This document shows, in pieces, positions 13,322 through 27,808 of a stretch of 64,000 nucleotides of DNA. Origin of the DNA: Rotaria socialis (lineage: Eukaryota); the NCBI GenBank assembly GCA_905331295.1, contig CAJNYD010000014.1, forward strand, positions 62,001 through 126,000, read 5' to 3'. A model generated the notes under the pieces. That model saw nothing but the letters and a program-made list of their open reading frames with translations. It was not told where the DNA came from and searched no databases. Every line of letters begins with the position of its first letter. The stretch's first letter is position 1. The position numbers and the translations under genes are program-made.

Positions 13322-15793
13322 ATGCCTTCGAATGAAACTAGTAATGTTCGTATTATTCTAACTCCCATAAAAATTGTTCGTGATTCAACAACTGGTCAAT
13401 GGTCAACGCCAAAATTAAAAAGCGATTCACTACAAAAAGTAAAATATAATCTGCGCGTACGAACACCATCAACGCCCGTCGTGTCATTATCATCACCAAT
13501 AACAAAAAGAGAAACAAATCATACACCACGACCTTTAACAAGAGCAAGTCGTCAAATTAGTTTTGAAAAAGATAAAGATGAATATGAACCAAATCAATCC
13601 TTTTCAACTGACGAAGACGATGATGATGATGGGGATGACGATGAAGATGACGATGAAGATGAAAGTTCATCGAGTGATGATGAAAAGATTATATCAAATA
13701 ATAATAATAATCGAAAATCAACTTTGGTTAGTAAAGGAGCACCAGCCACAAAGAAGATACGACCATCATTTTTACCTCGGGTAAATCATCATTTCTATGA
13801 AACGAATTTATCTAATATTTTTTTATCATTCTTAGATGAATACATTGACATTGAATGATTTACAAAATGATGATGATGGTATAACATCTATGGATATTTC
13901 CACTGATGTATTTGCTCAAGCTCGACAACGGTTGAGTTTTTTTTAAATGCTTATTTTGCTTTTATCACGGTAATATGAATATATATTTAGACTTTTACCA
14001 ACTAATTTACCTGAAGCACCACCATGTCGTGAACAAGAATCAAATTCTATCGCAGCATTTATTACAAATAAACTCGATGCACAAGCTGGCGGGTAAAAAT
14101 GAATTTTTGAATAAATTATTTTTCTTTCTCGAAAGATTTTCTACTTAGCTGCTACGATATCGGAATATAAATTTCATTTTCTGGTAACTCTTGTCAATAA
14201 TAAATAGTTGAACATCTTTTTGTATAAGGCTATAACCTTTTCGTGAAATTGAATCATTATGCAAGGTTCAATCGAACAAAAAAAAGCCTTGCGACATGTT
14301 TACTCGATTTCGACTAGCTATTTCAAAAACAAATCATGTATTGAGCAAGAATTTTCTCTAATGACCAGAAAAAACATTCTGCTGCGAACTCAAACGGAGT
14401 AAATTATTAATTCTGGTCAAATCTAAATAAATTGCATACATACACGTGGATAATCAAAGATGATTGCATTGATTACTCTTATTGGTTTGATGAATTTTTC
14501 ATTACAATTATTTTTTAGAGCATTGTACGTCAGTGGTGTACCCGGTGTTGGGAAAACAGCTATTGTAAATAAAGTAGTACGTGAATTAATGCTTCTTTCA
14601 AGTGATTCTGATTTACCACAATTTAAATATATTTTTCTTAATGGAATGAAACTAAATAAACCTGAAAAAATCTACAATCAACTTCTGCAAGTAAATATTT
14701 TCTTTGATAGCATTCATTTTTTTTGATTAGATCGGTTTAGGCAATTGATGAAAATGAAATTGATCGAAAACGTAGTTCGAAAATGGCATGCAAGCTTCTA
14801 TCGAAATATTTTACAGATCGAATTAATAAAAAAAGACAACCCACTGTGCTATTACTTGATGAAGTAATTTAATATTTTCTTTTGGTTCTGAGCATTTGTA
14901 TTGTATAAATTAATTTTTAGGTTGATCATTTATATACAAAAAATCAAACAATATTATATAATATGTTAGAATGGCCTCAACAAGCTTATTCAAAATTAAT
15001 TGTTATTGCAATAGCTAATACACTTGATCTGCCGGAAACAATGTTTAAAAAAAAACTTCAATCACGTTTAGTAAATTATTTTTTTAATAACAATGAATAT
15101 ATTTGTATAAATGTTTCTGTCTGAAGGGTTTAAATCGTGTCATATTTCATCCATATACATTTAAACAGCTCAGTGAAATAGTTCAAGCACGTCTTGGTTC
15201 TGATTTATCATCATTATTTGATAAAGATTCACTTGATTTAATATGTCGAAAGGTTTCATCGATATCTGGTGATGTTCGTCGTGTTCTTCAAATATGTTCA
15301 CAAACATTAGATATGGCACAATTAGATAAATCATCAAAGAAAGTTACACTTGAACATGTACAAAAAACTTTTGAACGTTTATATACATCAACACGAACCA
15401 TATGTATTCGGTATAATTTGAACAGCAGAAAAATGTGTCTATCTAGTCTGAATAATTTTCTTTTGATAGAAATTTAAATCCTGTTCAACGTAAAGTACTT
15501 GAAGCTATTCAAGATGAATTATCCTATGGCAAAGGTCGAGAAATTACAACGATCAATGCGATTTACGATCGACTTGGTATGTCAAATTATTCTTTTGTTT
15601 TGTTTTTATTATTTAAGATTTTTATTTAGATAAAAACGAATATAGTTTTACAGATGTTCGTCGTATTTGTGCACAATTATCAGCTTGTGGATTATTGTTA
15701 CTAGATAAAACATCGACTAGCATTGCTCGACAAAGTGTTCGTTTGAGCATGCCTATTCATTTACTTATATTTGCACTTAAAAATAATACTTAA
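13322..15793 (+). CDS. ORC1: Origin recognition complex subunit 1 (AAA+ and winged helix), multi-exon
   Basis: PCREQE, Walker A ALYVSGVPGVGKT, Walker B VLLLDEVD, EWP...LIVIAIANTLDLPE...SRLGLNRVIFHPYTFKQLSEIVQARL and SGDVRRVL. These fit the ORC1 rather than CDC6 pattern. The start codon is less certain. Confidence 0.9.
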
Positions 15794-17591
15794 TCATTAT
15801 ATTTTTCTTGAAAAAAGTCTTTGATAGAATAAAAAAAGTCTCTATGAATTATTTTTCTCATTTACCAATTTGAAAACTAAAGGAAAAGTTGAATCTTTTT
15901 TTTTATTTGTAATGACTGTTTATCTGAGTTTTATTATGATTGATTATGTAGGGAAACGATAGGCAGTAGCATAGGGATTTTTAATTTCAAATCGAAATAT
16001 TTCGTCTACAATTGTCATAGAACTTTTCATGTAAATGTTGATTACGAAAATAGATCTGTTCTGTTACATGAACTAAAAGCACGGTGGCGAAACTAACTTT
16101 ACCTGAAGATCAAAATGAGCTGTCTATTACATATTTGATCAGATATTTGATGAAACTTCTAATTGCATATAAGTATTCATTGTATATACACGTATATCTA
16201 TGAATTCAAATATTAAGTTTGCGTCGCACCATAATCTAACTCATCGAATGAGAAATTTCTATCTGATACTTATTCGATTATCGCCATGGATTTTTGATGT
16301 CCTGGACCTATGAAAACATCTAATACTATCTTGAATGCGTCGCTATTTTCTATAAGCTCGTTAAACAAGTCAACACATTGCATGCATTGATATGACATTT
16401 CAGGTCATGTAATTGACCGGCTGCAATGGTTAGAAAACTCTCGTTAGAGCATTACAAGATACATTTTTACATTGTTTACACGACGAAAATCGTTCGATCT
16501 GGATGTATAAATGTATTTGATATGACAAAGACTCAGAGAAAATCTCTTACAGGTTTTTCACAAGAATATTATCACTTTTTTTCAACATTTTTCAATATGT
16601 GCTATACTTTCAAATTCTGGATGACTAACGCTTGGTTAGAATATATTTCTTTGGTTACACATTTTTTTTTCTATGGTTCCTATGCAGTAATTTACATATA
16701 AAAACATTTTAACATTCCTGTAAAATCATTTGATGTCCACAGCAAAGCTCTCTAAACACGTGTTTGGTTTCTACTGCAGTCTATACTATCAGGTGTATAT
16801 GCAATTGAATACACAAAAGAAACATCTTCTAATCCTTTTGACAATACGCCAACACAGTTAGTAAATGTCGCCGTTTTTGCCTCGCATGAAATGTACTCTC
16901 ATACTATATGTAATGAGATCAAGAGAAAAAAAGCAAGACTCTTGCAGTGTACACTCCACCTAGACTCGTTTGTACTCGTAGTTTTTTCGGCTTGAGTTCG
17001 TTTCACTTTCCTCCCCTTGTGTTGCGACTTCCTGTAACTACAATGTATATTTACGGAAGGCTTATGAATGAGTTGATTCAATTAACAAGGAGAGGAATAA
17101 TGTGCAACACGGATATACTAACAACAATAAGAATAGTGTCAGTGAACAGATGAAAAATTCACTTCTAAATGTAGAAGTACGTAATGTATTATTAGTAGAA
17201 AACAACAATCGTCTGCCAGATATTTCTCGATCACTGCTTTTGTGTTCGACAGATTTGCAGCTGCAAGTTAAAAAGTGTTTGTCACATTAAGTTATATTCA
17301 ACTCATAACTAGATACATAATAAACTATTGGGATTATTAACTTATCATAAAAGCTGAACATAGTGTTTTTCATCATGTCTCGATTTATTTGTACATAAAA
17401 CAACGATAACAACAACATATAGAAAATCCCATTCAAGTGAATATATATACATACAAACATCATAATAATCTAATCTATTTTACATGGAAAAAAAACAAGA
17501 ATATATCTGCATGATAGATTTCCAAAACGATCGACTTTATACAAAATACAAAACAAAAAGAAGAAGAAAAAAACGAAGTTCGACCCATGAA

Positions 17592-20500
17592 TTAAGTAGT
17601 AAATGCTTTTGCACGTTCACGTAGTTTAGCGATTTCACTTGATATAATTAATGATGGACCTAATTTGATTTTCATAGTATCACGTAAATGTTCTTGTGTC
17701 ATTAACAACAATGCTTGACCATCCATTTCACTTTCATAGAAAGCTTCACGTATTGTATTATTTGTTAGACGTGCAACAAATTCACCAACTTGAAAAACAG
17801 TCCATTTACTTGGATCAGTTGGTAAACCATGATCAGGTGGTAATGATATTGGTTCATCATGATTTGATTCAATGGATTGTTGTGGTATAGAATTTTCAAT
17901 CATTCTTATTGGTTCACTTATTGACGGTGTTTTAATATGATCAGGATTCTTTCCATTTATTGTTTTAGCTATCTTAGATGATTTCATTGAACAGGACCGT
18001 GAACAAAATTTTTTTTCTTGATTAAAAAATCGTTCTGAAAAATCAACTTTTTTACATAACGTACATCGAAGTTGATCAGAACCAAGATCACTATTTGTAT
18101 CATTAAAACTATGATTTTCTTTTTCTTTACCAATTGAATTGTTTAATTCTTTTGTATGATCATCATTTTCATCAGCTGGAAACGGATGACTACTTTCACG
18201 TATAACAAAGCCACCAATATAATGAACTACAATATCACTATTTTGTGTTTGATTAAGAGATTTAATTGGCGAAGGATTTAATTGAACAACATTAGGTACT
18301 GTTGTTGTCGATGAAGCATTCGTTGATGGTCGAGGAGAACTTGTCGTTGGAGATGATGTTGACGATATTTGTAAATTTTTTAATGGAATCGTTGCATGAT
18401 TTTCAATAGTCTGTGTTATTGGGGGAATATATGAGCGAGAAAGACCGTTTGTTGACGTTGTTGTTATTGGTGTTGATGGTGGCGGAATGATTGTTGTTGG
18501 TTGATTTGAATAAGAATATGAAGAAGAACATGAGCTAATATTGTTATTATTATTAACGGAAAAGATATTCATAGTTGGTGCAGCAAGCATGTTCGTTGAC
18601 GATACATTGCCGCTGAGCAAAGATGGATAAGAATATTGTTGCTGTTGTTGTTGTTGCTGTTGCTGTAACAGTGATGGATTATTAACAGGAATTGTAGTCT
18701 GTAAAATTTTACAAGAGAATTTCATTACGTGACTAATATTTTCAATAAAATTAAGTACAAAAGTAAAGATGAAGAAAAATAGAAAAATTTCGCAGTGAAA
18801 TTTCAACGAAAATAGTATCGAACTGACTGCAAAGTCAATATTCTTTTGGGTAAAGATGTAGTTACTAGTTTACTAAAGATGCACACTTTTTAATTGCTTA
18901 AAATTGACTCAGTCAGAGTGATGTAAAAAGACTTACTCTCATAGATCTCTAAAACTGTTTAGGATTTATTCAATAGGAAATTTTAAAATTTTCGTCAAAA
19001 ATTCATGCTAAGCTTATTCTGCTCTTGAGGTATTAAGGATTTATCTCTTGATATTTGTATTTCTTATTGACATATAAATTACAATTGAATCTTAAATAAA
19101 TAGAGGCTCAATTTTCGAGATTTTACAATTGCGTATGAAAGTATATTCACAAGAAACTTACTGTGTGATTTATAGATTGATTCGGAAATATTAATGAAGC
19201 ACCACCATTTGTATGAGGATGTAAATTATTAAATGTTGTAGTTGTTGTTGTTTGACCAGGTATAAGTAATGTTGTTGTAGTTGTCGTTACATTTGGTATG
19301 GATAATTCTGTACCTTCAGGCATAGGACGACATTTAATTGGTTTATTCGTAAATGGATCACGTTCATATAATCTGAAAAGAAAACAATTTTTTTCTAGAA
19401 ACTCTTTTTCCTGTTTCAAATCTTACCTAGGTCGTCCACGTTTCTTTTTCGATAAACTTGAGCTATTATGAATGATCACAATAATAAAACATATATGGCT
19501 TGATTATATTTTAATTTACCTGCTTGAACGTCGATGACGATGATTAGCTTTACGCGCTAGTTGAGAAAGTGAAAGAGAAAGACCTGTATCGGGTGTTACT
19601 GAACCATCTAATCCTAAGTAAATAAATATAGTTTCTGATTTTCTATTATTCGTATATTGTACTAACCCGATGTGTCATCTAAAGACGAATCATTCTCGTT
19701 ATGTATCGGTGATAGTTCTCGTCCATGGGATTGTACAGTACTTCCATTCAATATTGATGTTGGCATTATTGGATTTGGTTGAAGAAGTGATGGTTGATGA
19801 GTTACAATATTACAACCTGAATTGAAAATGCAAAAAAATAATTATTAGATAAAAGGTTCCATCATTTATTTACCATTAAGTAAAGATGTTGTTGCAGGTA
19901 TTTGAGTCATACCTGTTAGTTGTTGTGTTGTCATTGTTGTTGTATCACTTGTTAAAGTAGCTATAAGAACAAAAGACCAGATGATTACTAAGTTTATCAT
20001 AATTATCAAAATAATTTACTTCGTTGCATGTCAATTGTTGAACTAGTACGAACAGTAGTTACTGTCTGAGAATTTTGATGTGACTATTTTTAATAAAAAT
20101 TGTACCGTAAATTTCTCTTGAAAAATTTCTTTCTGTTGTTTTACCTGTTGTGTTCCAATAGGAGTAACGGTAGATTGTTGTTGTGGAAAAGTATGAATTT
20201 GCGTAGAGTTAGGTACTAAAGAAAAACAATAATGAATAATAATATTATACAAAGAGATAGAATTTGTTTTTATGTTGTTAAGCAAATTAGACTTACAAAT
20301 AGAAACATCTCCATTAGTTTGATATGCAGGAATAACTGGTTGATTTGCTGCTGCGACAACAGTTATGGGTGTAGCTTGAAGTATTTGACCAGCTTGATTA
20401 CGAAATGTAATTGGTTTTTGACCATCATTAGCGACTTGCACAAGCTGAAAGAGAGATTTTGGTTTTTGGTGGAACGAACGAAAAATTTCACATACTTGTC

Positions 20501-21233
20501 CTTGATTTCCATCTACAACCAAATAAGTAGTGAATCCTTGAGATTGGTTCGCTGCTGATGGTTTCACAATTGGAACATCTGATTACAAAGAGAAAAAAAA
20601 TAATAATAATTTGCTTATTTTTTTATCGATTTAATTTATTACTTGCTGATATAGGTTTTGGTACAAGTGGTGCTAGTTAAAAGAGAATATATATATATTT
20701 ATATATAAATGTATATCTATTTAGATGACTTACTCATTTGATTACTTAGTAAAACAGTTTTTTGTGGTTGAGGTAATATACATGATGTTTTACCAGTAGA
20801 TGGTCGAGCAAGTAATGTAGCTTGTTTGGCTGGTGATCGACTTATTTGTTTATTAATATGAGAAGCTCGAGAACCCTATAAAAATTCTTTTGTTTCGATT
20901 TCATCGAGAGAAAAATATTAAACAAACTCGTTTGGTTTGCTTGATGGTAGCTGTTGGTGTAGTAACAGTTATTGATTGATCTGAAGCTATTGGAACGGCT
21001 ACTAGCTGAGTGTAAGTTGGTGGTGCAGGAGCGATTGGTACTTCATTGGATACAATTGGAGGCGCAGCAGGTGGTGGTGGTTGCATGATATGAAATGTTG
21101 GTTTTTCAGTATCTTCAGATGTTAGAGATAGTGGTGGATTTGTAGCTTCTGCTGATTCCGAGGGAGGTACTGGTAGTGTTGATATGAGTGCTTCAGATAA
21201 TGAAGCTGATGCAGGTACTGATTCCACCTGCAT
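17592..21233 (-). CDS. PHC/ph: Polyhomeotic-like Polycomb (PRC1) protein, multi-exon
   Basis: The last exon has HD1 (DIVVHYIGGFVIRESSHPF), an FCS zinc finger (CTLC...KFCSRSC) and a C-terminal SAM domain (PSKWTVFQVGEFV...EMDGQALLLM...KIKLGP). The N-terminus is Q/T/P/S-rich low complexity across many small exons. Confidence 0.9.
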
Positions 21234-22230
21234 CTTAGTTGACTAATATTTATTTATATATATATCTAGAGTTAAAAAATAGTTATTTTAGTTGTTCACT
21301 TTATTACGAGTTTGATCTATTATTTGCTTTACTTTGATGTGCAACGATTCTCTCTTTTACTTTAGCTTGATTTTCTCTAGTATAAAATGAATAAATAAAA
21401 ATCCAGAGAAAAAATGGCGAAATGTTTCTCAAGGAACGATGTCATACATTGAACAGACGAAGCGATGAAAAAAAAGACAAACGAATGTTTTCTACTGGTT
21501 GTTACAATGTGTTTTATTTCAGACAACCAATCAACAGAAAAGAAATTAATAACCAATCGCATTACTCTATGACAACTGATTTGTCACGACCTCTATACAA
21601 CAATGTTCTCTTAAGAGATTTATCGGACGCGATTTAGTTTTGCGAGAATCACTATCATCAAGAAAGAATCTTAGTTAGTTTATTTGCTCCGTGTGTTTAT
21701 CTATCATCATAGCTGAATGAAGAAATTCGAACAATTATTCTTATATCTATAAAATATCATGTATTTGCTGATTTTGAAATCGTTGTACAGCTCAATCAAC
21801 TTGGAAACGACGCTCTCAATTCTTTAGTTTCATGCAGTAAAAAAAATTCAAATACACCTCGTATCAGCATCCATGATTTCTTCAGAGAAGGGTAAACCAT
21901 CCACTCTTGAAACCGTTGTTTTTCTTCAATTGATTTTGGATTTTCCTATTCTTTTTTATTGCTCGATGAGCCACTATGAAGCAAAAATATTTGCAATACT
22001 TCTTCGTTTTTCCACAAATAAAATTGTTGAACAATGTTAGCTTTCTCTTTTATTATTATCGACAAGAGGCACTAAAAATCGATGGCTCACTGATATTGTT
22101 ACAAAAATATTCATGTTATGCAAGAAAATTGTGAAATTGACATCTCGTGTATATTTAATAGCCAGCACCCGGTTTTATTTTGATATATTGAATAGAGAAA
22201 AAATCACAGACATATTACGGGGAAATTTTT

Positions 22231-24740
22231 TCATAGAGCACCATCAGTTTTATCGAGCAATTTCAACAGTGCGCCGACTAAATAAAGACTGCCAGTGACT
22301 AAAACACATGGTTTTGATGATTTACTATCATCTATCCATTCTAATGCTTGTGACACTGTATGAAAACAGTGTATCGGTGGTATTGCTGTTTGATTTTCTA
22401 CAGTTGATAACCAAAGTTTTTCAAATGCAGCTACGTGTAATGAAAGACGACCTATTTCGCTGACCATATTTGATGTTGCTCGCCATTGGTCTGTAAAGAT
22501 AGAAATGAATTCTCTCATAAAGAGCCCAAAACCTATGTTCTATTACCATTGCCAAGTTTTTTATCTGTTTGAGAATTATTATCGATTATTGCTGTGGATG
22601 TGATCGGTGAACAAAAAGCAACACAGTCAAATTTACATTTCTATTCGTATATGCATTTAATAAAATAATTGAAAAATAAAAGGGAAAATTCCACTTTTAC
22701 CATTAGAGGTTGAAGCAACACATCTGGCTGTCGATCATATGAACAATAAAATAAAAGAATAAGTCTTGACAATGACTTTTGTTTCAATAATGAATCATTA
22801 AACCAACTTTTACATTGTTCTATTGATTCAATTGTACTAATTAAAAACAAGATTCACGCGAAAGAAAAACAAAATTTATTTCTCATACTGTGCACCATCA
22901 AGGTAATAAGTGGCATTTTTTGTATCAACTACTTGATTACGACCCAACCACTCGCATGTTGCTAAACCTTGAAGAATATTTTTATTTAATGGGCCATTCT
23001 TAAGTTGATCATAAGATTCTCCTAAGAAGAATGGCAATAGTTCAGTGTCGAAACACAAAACATTTAATGATTTACTAACCTGTCCGAGCTTGTAGCCAAT
23101 GAAAAACTAATTCTATTGCCAATGAAGCATTTATTTCTTGTACATCTCCAGCAAGTGAAAGTTGAAATGGATAACTTGAATAATGATTTAGAGGAGATGC
23201 GATTTTCAATGAACACTATATATATATAATGAAACTTTTTATAATAGTCTACTTGATTTTCTTACATGTTTTTCTTCAGCTCTTTCGTGTAAAATACGCA
23301 TGGCTTCTGGTTGTTGTGGTACAGTAATAGCTGGAACATCGCGTTTAAAAATTCCAGCTTTTTGCCATGCAATTTGCTCTATCGTATTGCCTAATAGTTT
23401 AACATGATCTAATCCTAATGATGCAATGCCACATACAATCGGAGTCCTATGGATGTAATCCTAAGATATAGAAATGAACATGCAATATAGAATTACAAAC
23501 TTGATAATATTTGTACAATCATATTCTCCACCAATGCCTACTTCGATAACACCAACATCGATCTTTTAAAATAAGCCAGTTCTTTTCATAAAAACAGATC
23601 AACTAGTATGTTTTCAAACCTGTTCATGAACAAATACGTAGAACATCATTGTTGTTAGAAAAGCAAAATAATATGGCATTTGAATTGCATTCTAGAAAAA
23701 CCAGAGTAAAAGATTGAAGAACAGAGGCTGCTTATCGAAAATTGAATTGAGACTACGAGTGTATTTTTAGAAATTTTTTAATCTGATGAAGTCTAATTTT
23801 TCAGTATATCTCAGAAAAAAATTACGTTCTCTCGTTGAAAAACTCCAGACGCAATCAATGTTTTTTTTCCCTTCATTGCTGCTATTATTTGAAAACTCGT
23901 TTAATAACAATCAATGAACTCATCGTTTTGGTCGAGCAATTGAGGATAAATCAGTATTTGAAACGTGCTATAACCACATTACTTCATCAGTTGATTGTTG
24001 AACACCATCACGAATAGCATTATAGCATTGCCAAAAATAATCAACAAATTTTTCTTTCGATAACAACTCTCCATTGATTCGAATGCGTTCTCGTGCTTCA
24101 ATTAAATGTGGTGAACTAGAATGCACTTTATTTATATAAAAAAAAACCAAAAAATCTTAACTCAAGACTATTGAATACCTAAAAAATCCAGTCTTATAAC
24201 CATATTGTCGTAAAATTGATTCAGTAAACGCACATGTAGATCCTTTTCCTTTTGTACCTGCTACGTGTATTATGTTAAGTTGATCGATTTGATCTGACTG
24301 CAATTCAAAATTCAAGAAATAGGAATTAGTAAAGAACTTTAATTGAAAAAACAATAATTTCAACTTATTCGAGGCATTCAGAGTATCATGCATAAGAACA
24401 ATATTAGATTTGTTCACACTTACAACGCTCTTGCCTCATTTACTATCGTTTGGTCACCTGAACGTTGAGAAGTGATAGATAACGTCGAATGTTTTCCATT
24501 GATTTCCCACGTTGATCGCCGGTTCGTAATGATGAATGATTCGTCTGCAAGACATTTAAAGTTGAGATCGCTTCCTAAAATTAAAATGCTCATGAAAACA
24601 AAATGAGTTTAAAAAAACGTCCTTCTAACTTCATAACGATGTGATATTGTTTGAGTAGCAGACGCCACTTTTCGGATTTGGGGAACTATAGAAAAACGAT
24701 ACGAGACTAAGCGGTATGAGTAAGATAAAAAAAAATTCAT
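22231..24740 (-). CDS. FPGS: Folylpolyglutamate synthase with a mitochondrial-presequence-like N-terminus, multi-exon
   Basis: [72 protein letters not shown] and [11 protein letters not shown]. Confidence 0.95.
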
Positions 24741-25824
24741 CTAAAACAAAACAAATCTTGATGTATGCGGTGACATTGCTAGCTTTTGTTTTGTCGCTCT
24801 CTATCATAACAAAGAATGCAAACGTAGAAGATAAGTATGGTATTTTAAAAATACAGAATATGGGAAAAGAGAAGTGAATGTTGTTAAAAATGCCGCTCTA
24901 TTCATTTTCAGATAGGTATTGTAAGTAGAAAATTTTCAAAAATAATTATTTTTCTTATTAATAGAACATTATTTCATACTAACTCTGTGTATGATAATGA
25001 TTTTATATAAAAAGAATTCACGTGATTTGGAGAAAATATCAATTAATCGAATGTGAAGATGACTTTTTTTAGTAGTTGTACGTCGAATAATTCTTGTTTT
25101 TTCTTCATGACAACATGTGTATATTTAAGGAAGGTTACGCGAATCTTGTCCTTGAAAATTGGTATCATTTTTTAGGAGAATCTATAGCTAATGCTAGTAG
25201 TAGAAGAAGAAACGCGAAGAAAAAGTAAGTATAAGTAGTTAAATAAGCCACTCCTGTTTTAGCTATCGAAAAAGGAAGACAACGAAAAGCTATGTGCTCT
25301 TATTTGGATACTCACTCCATCTAGAGAAAAATGGAGCAAATATAAAATGTCAATAATCGATTGCATTATTGAAAAAACTAAGAGTTTTTCAATCAGTAAA
25401 TGACTACACTTCTTTGTAATAGAAAGATGCCGGGTTCCGAATATCGGTCGTAGGACAGATTTACATATTTTACAACTGTATTCACACTCTGCTGAACTGT
25501 TCTTTTAATTAGGTTGTTGTGTTGACAATTATCGCCAAGATTTTCAAAAGCACAAATTGTTCCAATTTTCGTCAATAAAATGAAAAGTACTTTTGTTAAA
25601 TACTTTCATAGGAACTTTACCATAGATTTTTTTATGCAAATAAAAATAAATGAACAATTACTATCAAACTTTGTTTTATTAGAAAAAAAAGCAATATAAA
25701 TACTAAAGTTCTTGAGAGATCAATATTAAACAAGATCGTGACAACAACAACAACAAAAAGACATTTACAAGCAGATTAAACGCTTTAATAGAATAATCAT
25801 AATATAGATGTTTCATTTTCCCAT

Positions 25825-26273
25825 GAGATGCCTAGTTCGAATTCGAATACCAGTGGACACCCAATTGCATGGTATCAATTCGAAAATAAGTGATAGAAAT
25901 AGATTTAGTTTTAGATTTAGTTTAAGATGGAGTGGGTGTGGGTTGAGGGGGACTAAGGAGTAACTGTTGGTGGCGGTGCGAGTGAGGGGGTGGGTAGGAG
26001 GGGTACCCAGAAGAGGTGCGGGGTACTTCAAATGTGGTTGTGGTGATGGGTACCACGGAGGAGTGCTCAAATATGGGTACAGATGAAGGTACCCAGGGTG
26101 GTGCCTGGGTTGTATACCTGTGGGTGTCGGTTTGACTGTAGAGATATATATCTATTGATATGTCGCATATATCGGAAAGTTAAACTAAAGCTAAATCTAG
26201 GAATGGATTTAGTTTTAGTTTAATTTTGTCTTTTCTCCATTTATATTCGAACTCGAATTAGACAACAACTCTC
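25825..26273. mobile_element. Non-autonomous TIR element, Sola2-like, with G-rich core
   Basis: 4-bp direct repeat CCAT at 25821-25824 and 26274-26277. Left end GAGA-----TGCCTAGTTCGAATTCGAATA aligns with the reverse complement of the right end, GAGAGTTGTTGTCTAATTCGAGTTCGAATA. Confidence 0.7.
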
Positions 26274-27754
26274 CCATTGCGAAGTAAACACATCATCAAC
26301 AATGGCAGAACATGATTTGATTATCGACAATTTCAAAGAATAATAATAAATTAGGCGTTACTTGTAGATCTTAATATTTAAATTGAAGTTTTCATTTAAA
26401 ATTACTTCTTGTCATTACTTTATCGTATTTCTTGAAGCATAATTTTAATTGAAAAATAGTTATTGGTATCTGTCGCAGGATTATTTTCATTGTTGAATAT
26501 ATACGTTCATGGATTATTCTATTCTTTTTAGATTAAAATCTATATCCTGTTGTTATAATGTCGTTTCTAATTACTTTTTTTTGCCTTGTTATAGATAACA
26601 ATTTAAGGTTACACGTACTGTTTTCAAGTCTAATAGTCATTGGAATCAGTAAAAACGAAGACTAGAAAGTCTAGACGAACTGCAAAAATGATAGTATATT
26701 GTATTGTTATGATTAACTATTATCGTATGAATTATCTATTATTATTTATGAAAAATATGGACATAATTTAAATACAATTTACCATTTCGTTGCCAATTCA
26801 AAGTATTAGCTTAAATAGTAATGTTTAGTTTTTACTCAGAAAAGTTTCATATTTATTAATAGGCTCTAATAATTCCTTGCGATAAATAAATCAAGACAAT
26901 TCATATTCGGCTCTGTAATCACGTAAAATCGATTTATTCTCTTCAACTCATTGAAATAAACTTCACGGAAAAGATCTATTTCATTCAATAGCTAATTCCT
27001 ATGATTTATTCTTTCTCCATTAGACTTTTATCCTTCACACGTATTTCCTATCAGTTTCTCAGGCTAATATACAAGTGTTTTATTTACATATGGTAATCTA
27101 TGTCATAAAGGCATGACCTACTAAATCTACGTTTTGTTCCGCTCATATCAAACAACAACATACAAATGTTTCTTATCAATGATTACTTAATCAGGTTCGA
27201 GGACATATCATCTTCCATAATATTGTTAATGATAAGGCGAAGAAATTGCTTTTTTTCTTTCTCACACGGTCATCAGAGTCACTCTATACCTACTTTTTTT
27301 GTTTTCATTAATAACATTGATTAGAAACTAAATAAACAAAAACTATAGAAAATTAAAAGTTCATGATTTGTCTAGAGCAAAATATAATCATAGAATATGT
27401 TTAAAATGAAACGAGGTTTTAGGTATCTTAGATACACAAATATACATAAGCAGAATATACAAGAAACGTAATCATCAAGAGAGAAAAAAATCGAGACAAC
27501 AAATTATATACAGTAAAAGGATATAACGAATATGAATTCATAAAAATAAACAAGAAAACATGACACAAGTGATTGTTAATAGAAGAAATTATTTTACCCT
27601 TTTGTTGTCTCTACTTGTCAATTATAATAATACTAATTTCAAACAAAACAATCATCGATAGCTAGAATATGGAACGATGACTAGAGCAATGGGAAGAAAA
27701 AAGAAACAATAACAACAACAACACAAAGAAACGTACAGAAGCTTCTTTTTTTTA

Positions 27755-27767
27755 AATAATAATAGTA

Positions 27768-27808
<41 letters not shown>
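27755..27808. repeat. (AAT)n microsatellite in the probable YPEL 3' UTR
   Basis: Near-perfect AAT tract with two AGT variants. It produces the spurious poly-Tyr ORF 27681-27890. Confidence 0.95.

Noticed and set aside
16400..17300. Short ORFs between ORC1 and the Ph-like gene
   Set aside because: No family match, and I could not build a splice structure.
25813..26070. Pro-rich 85-aa ORF
   Set aside because: It is the C-rich strand of the Sola2-like element.
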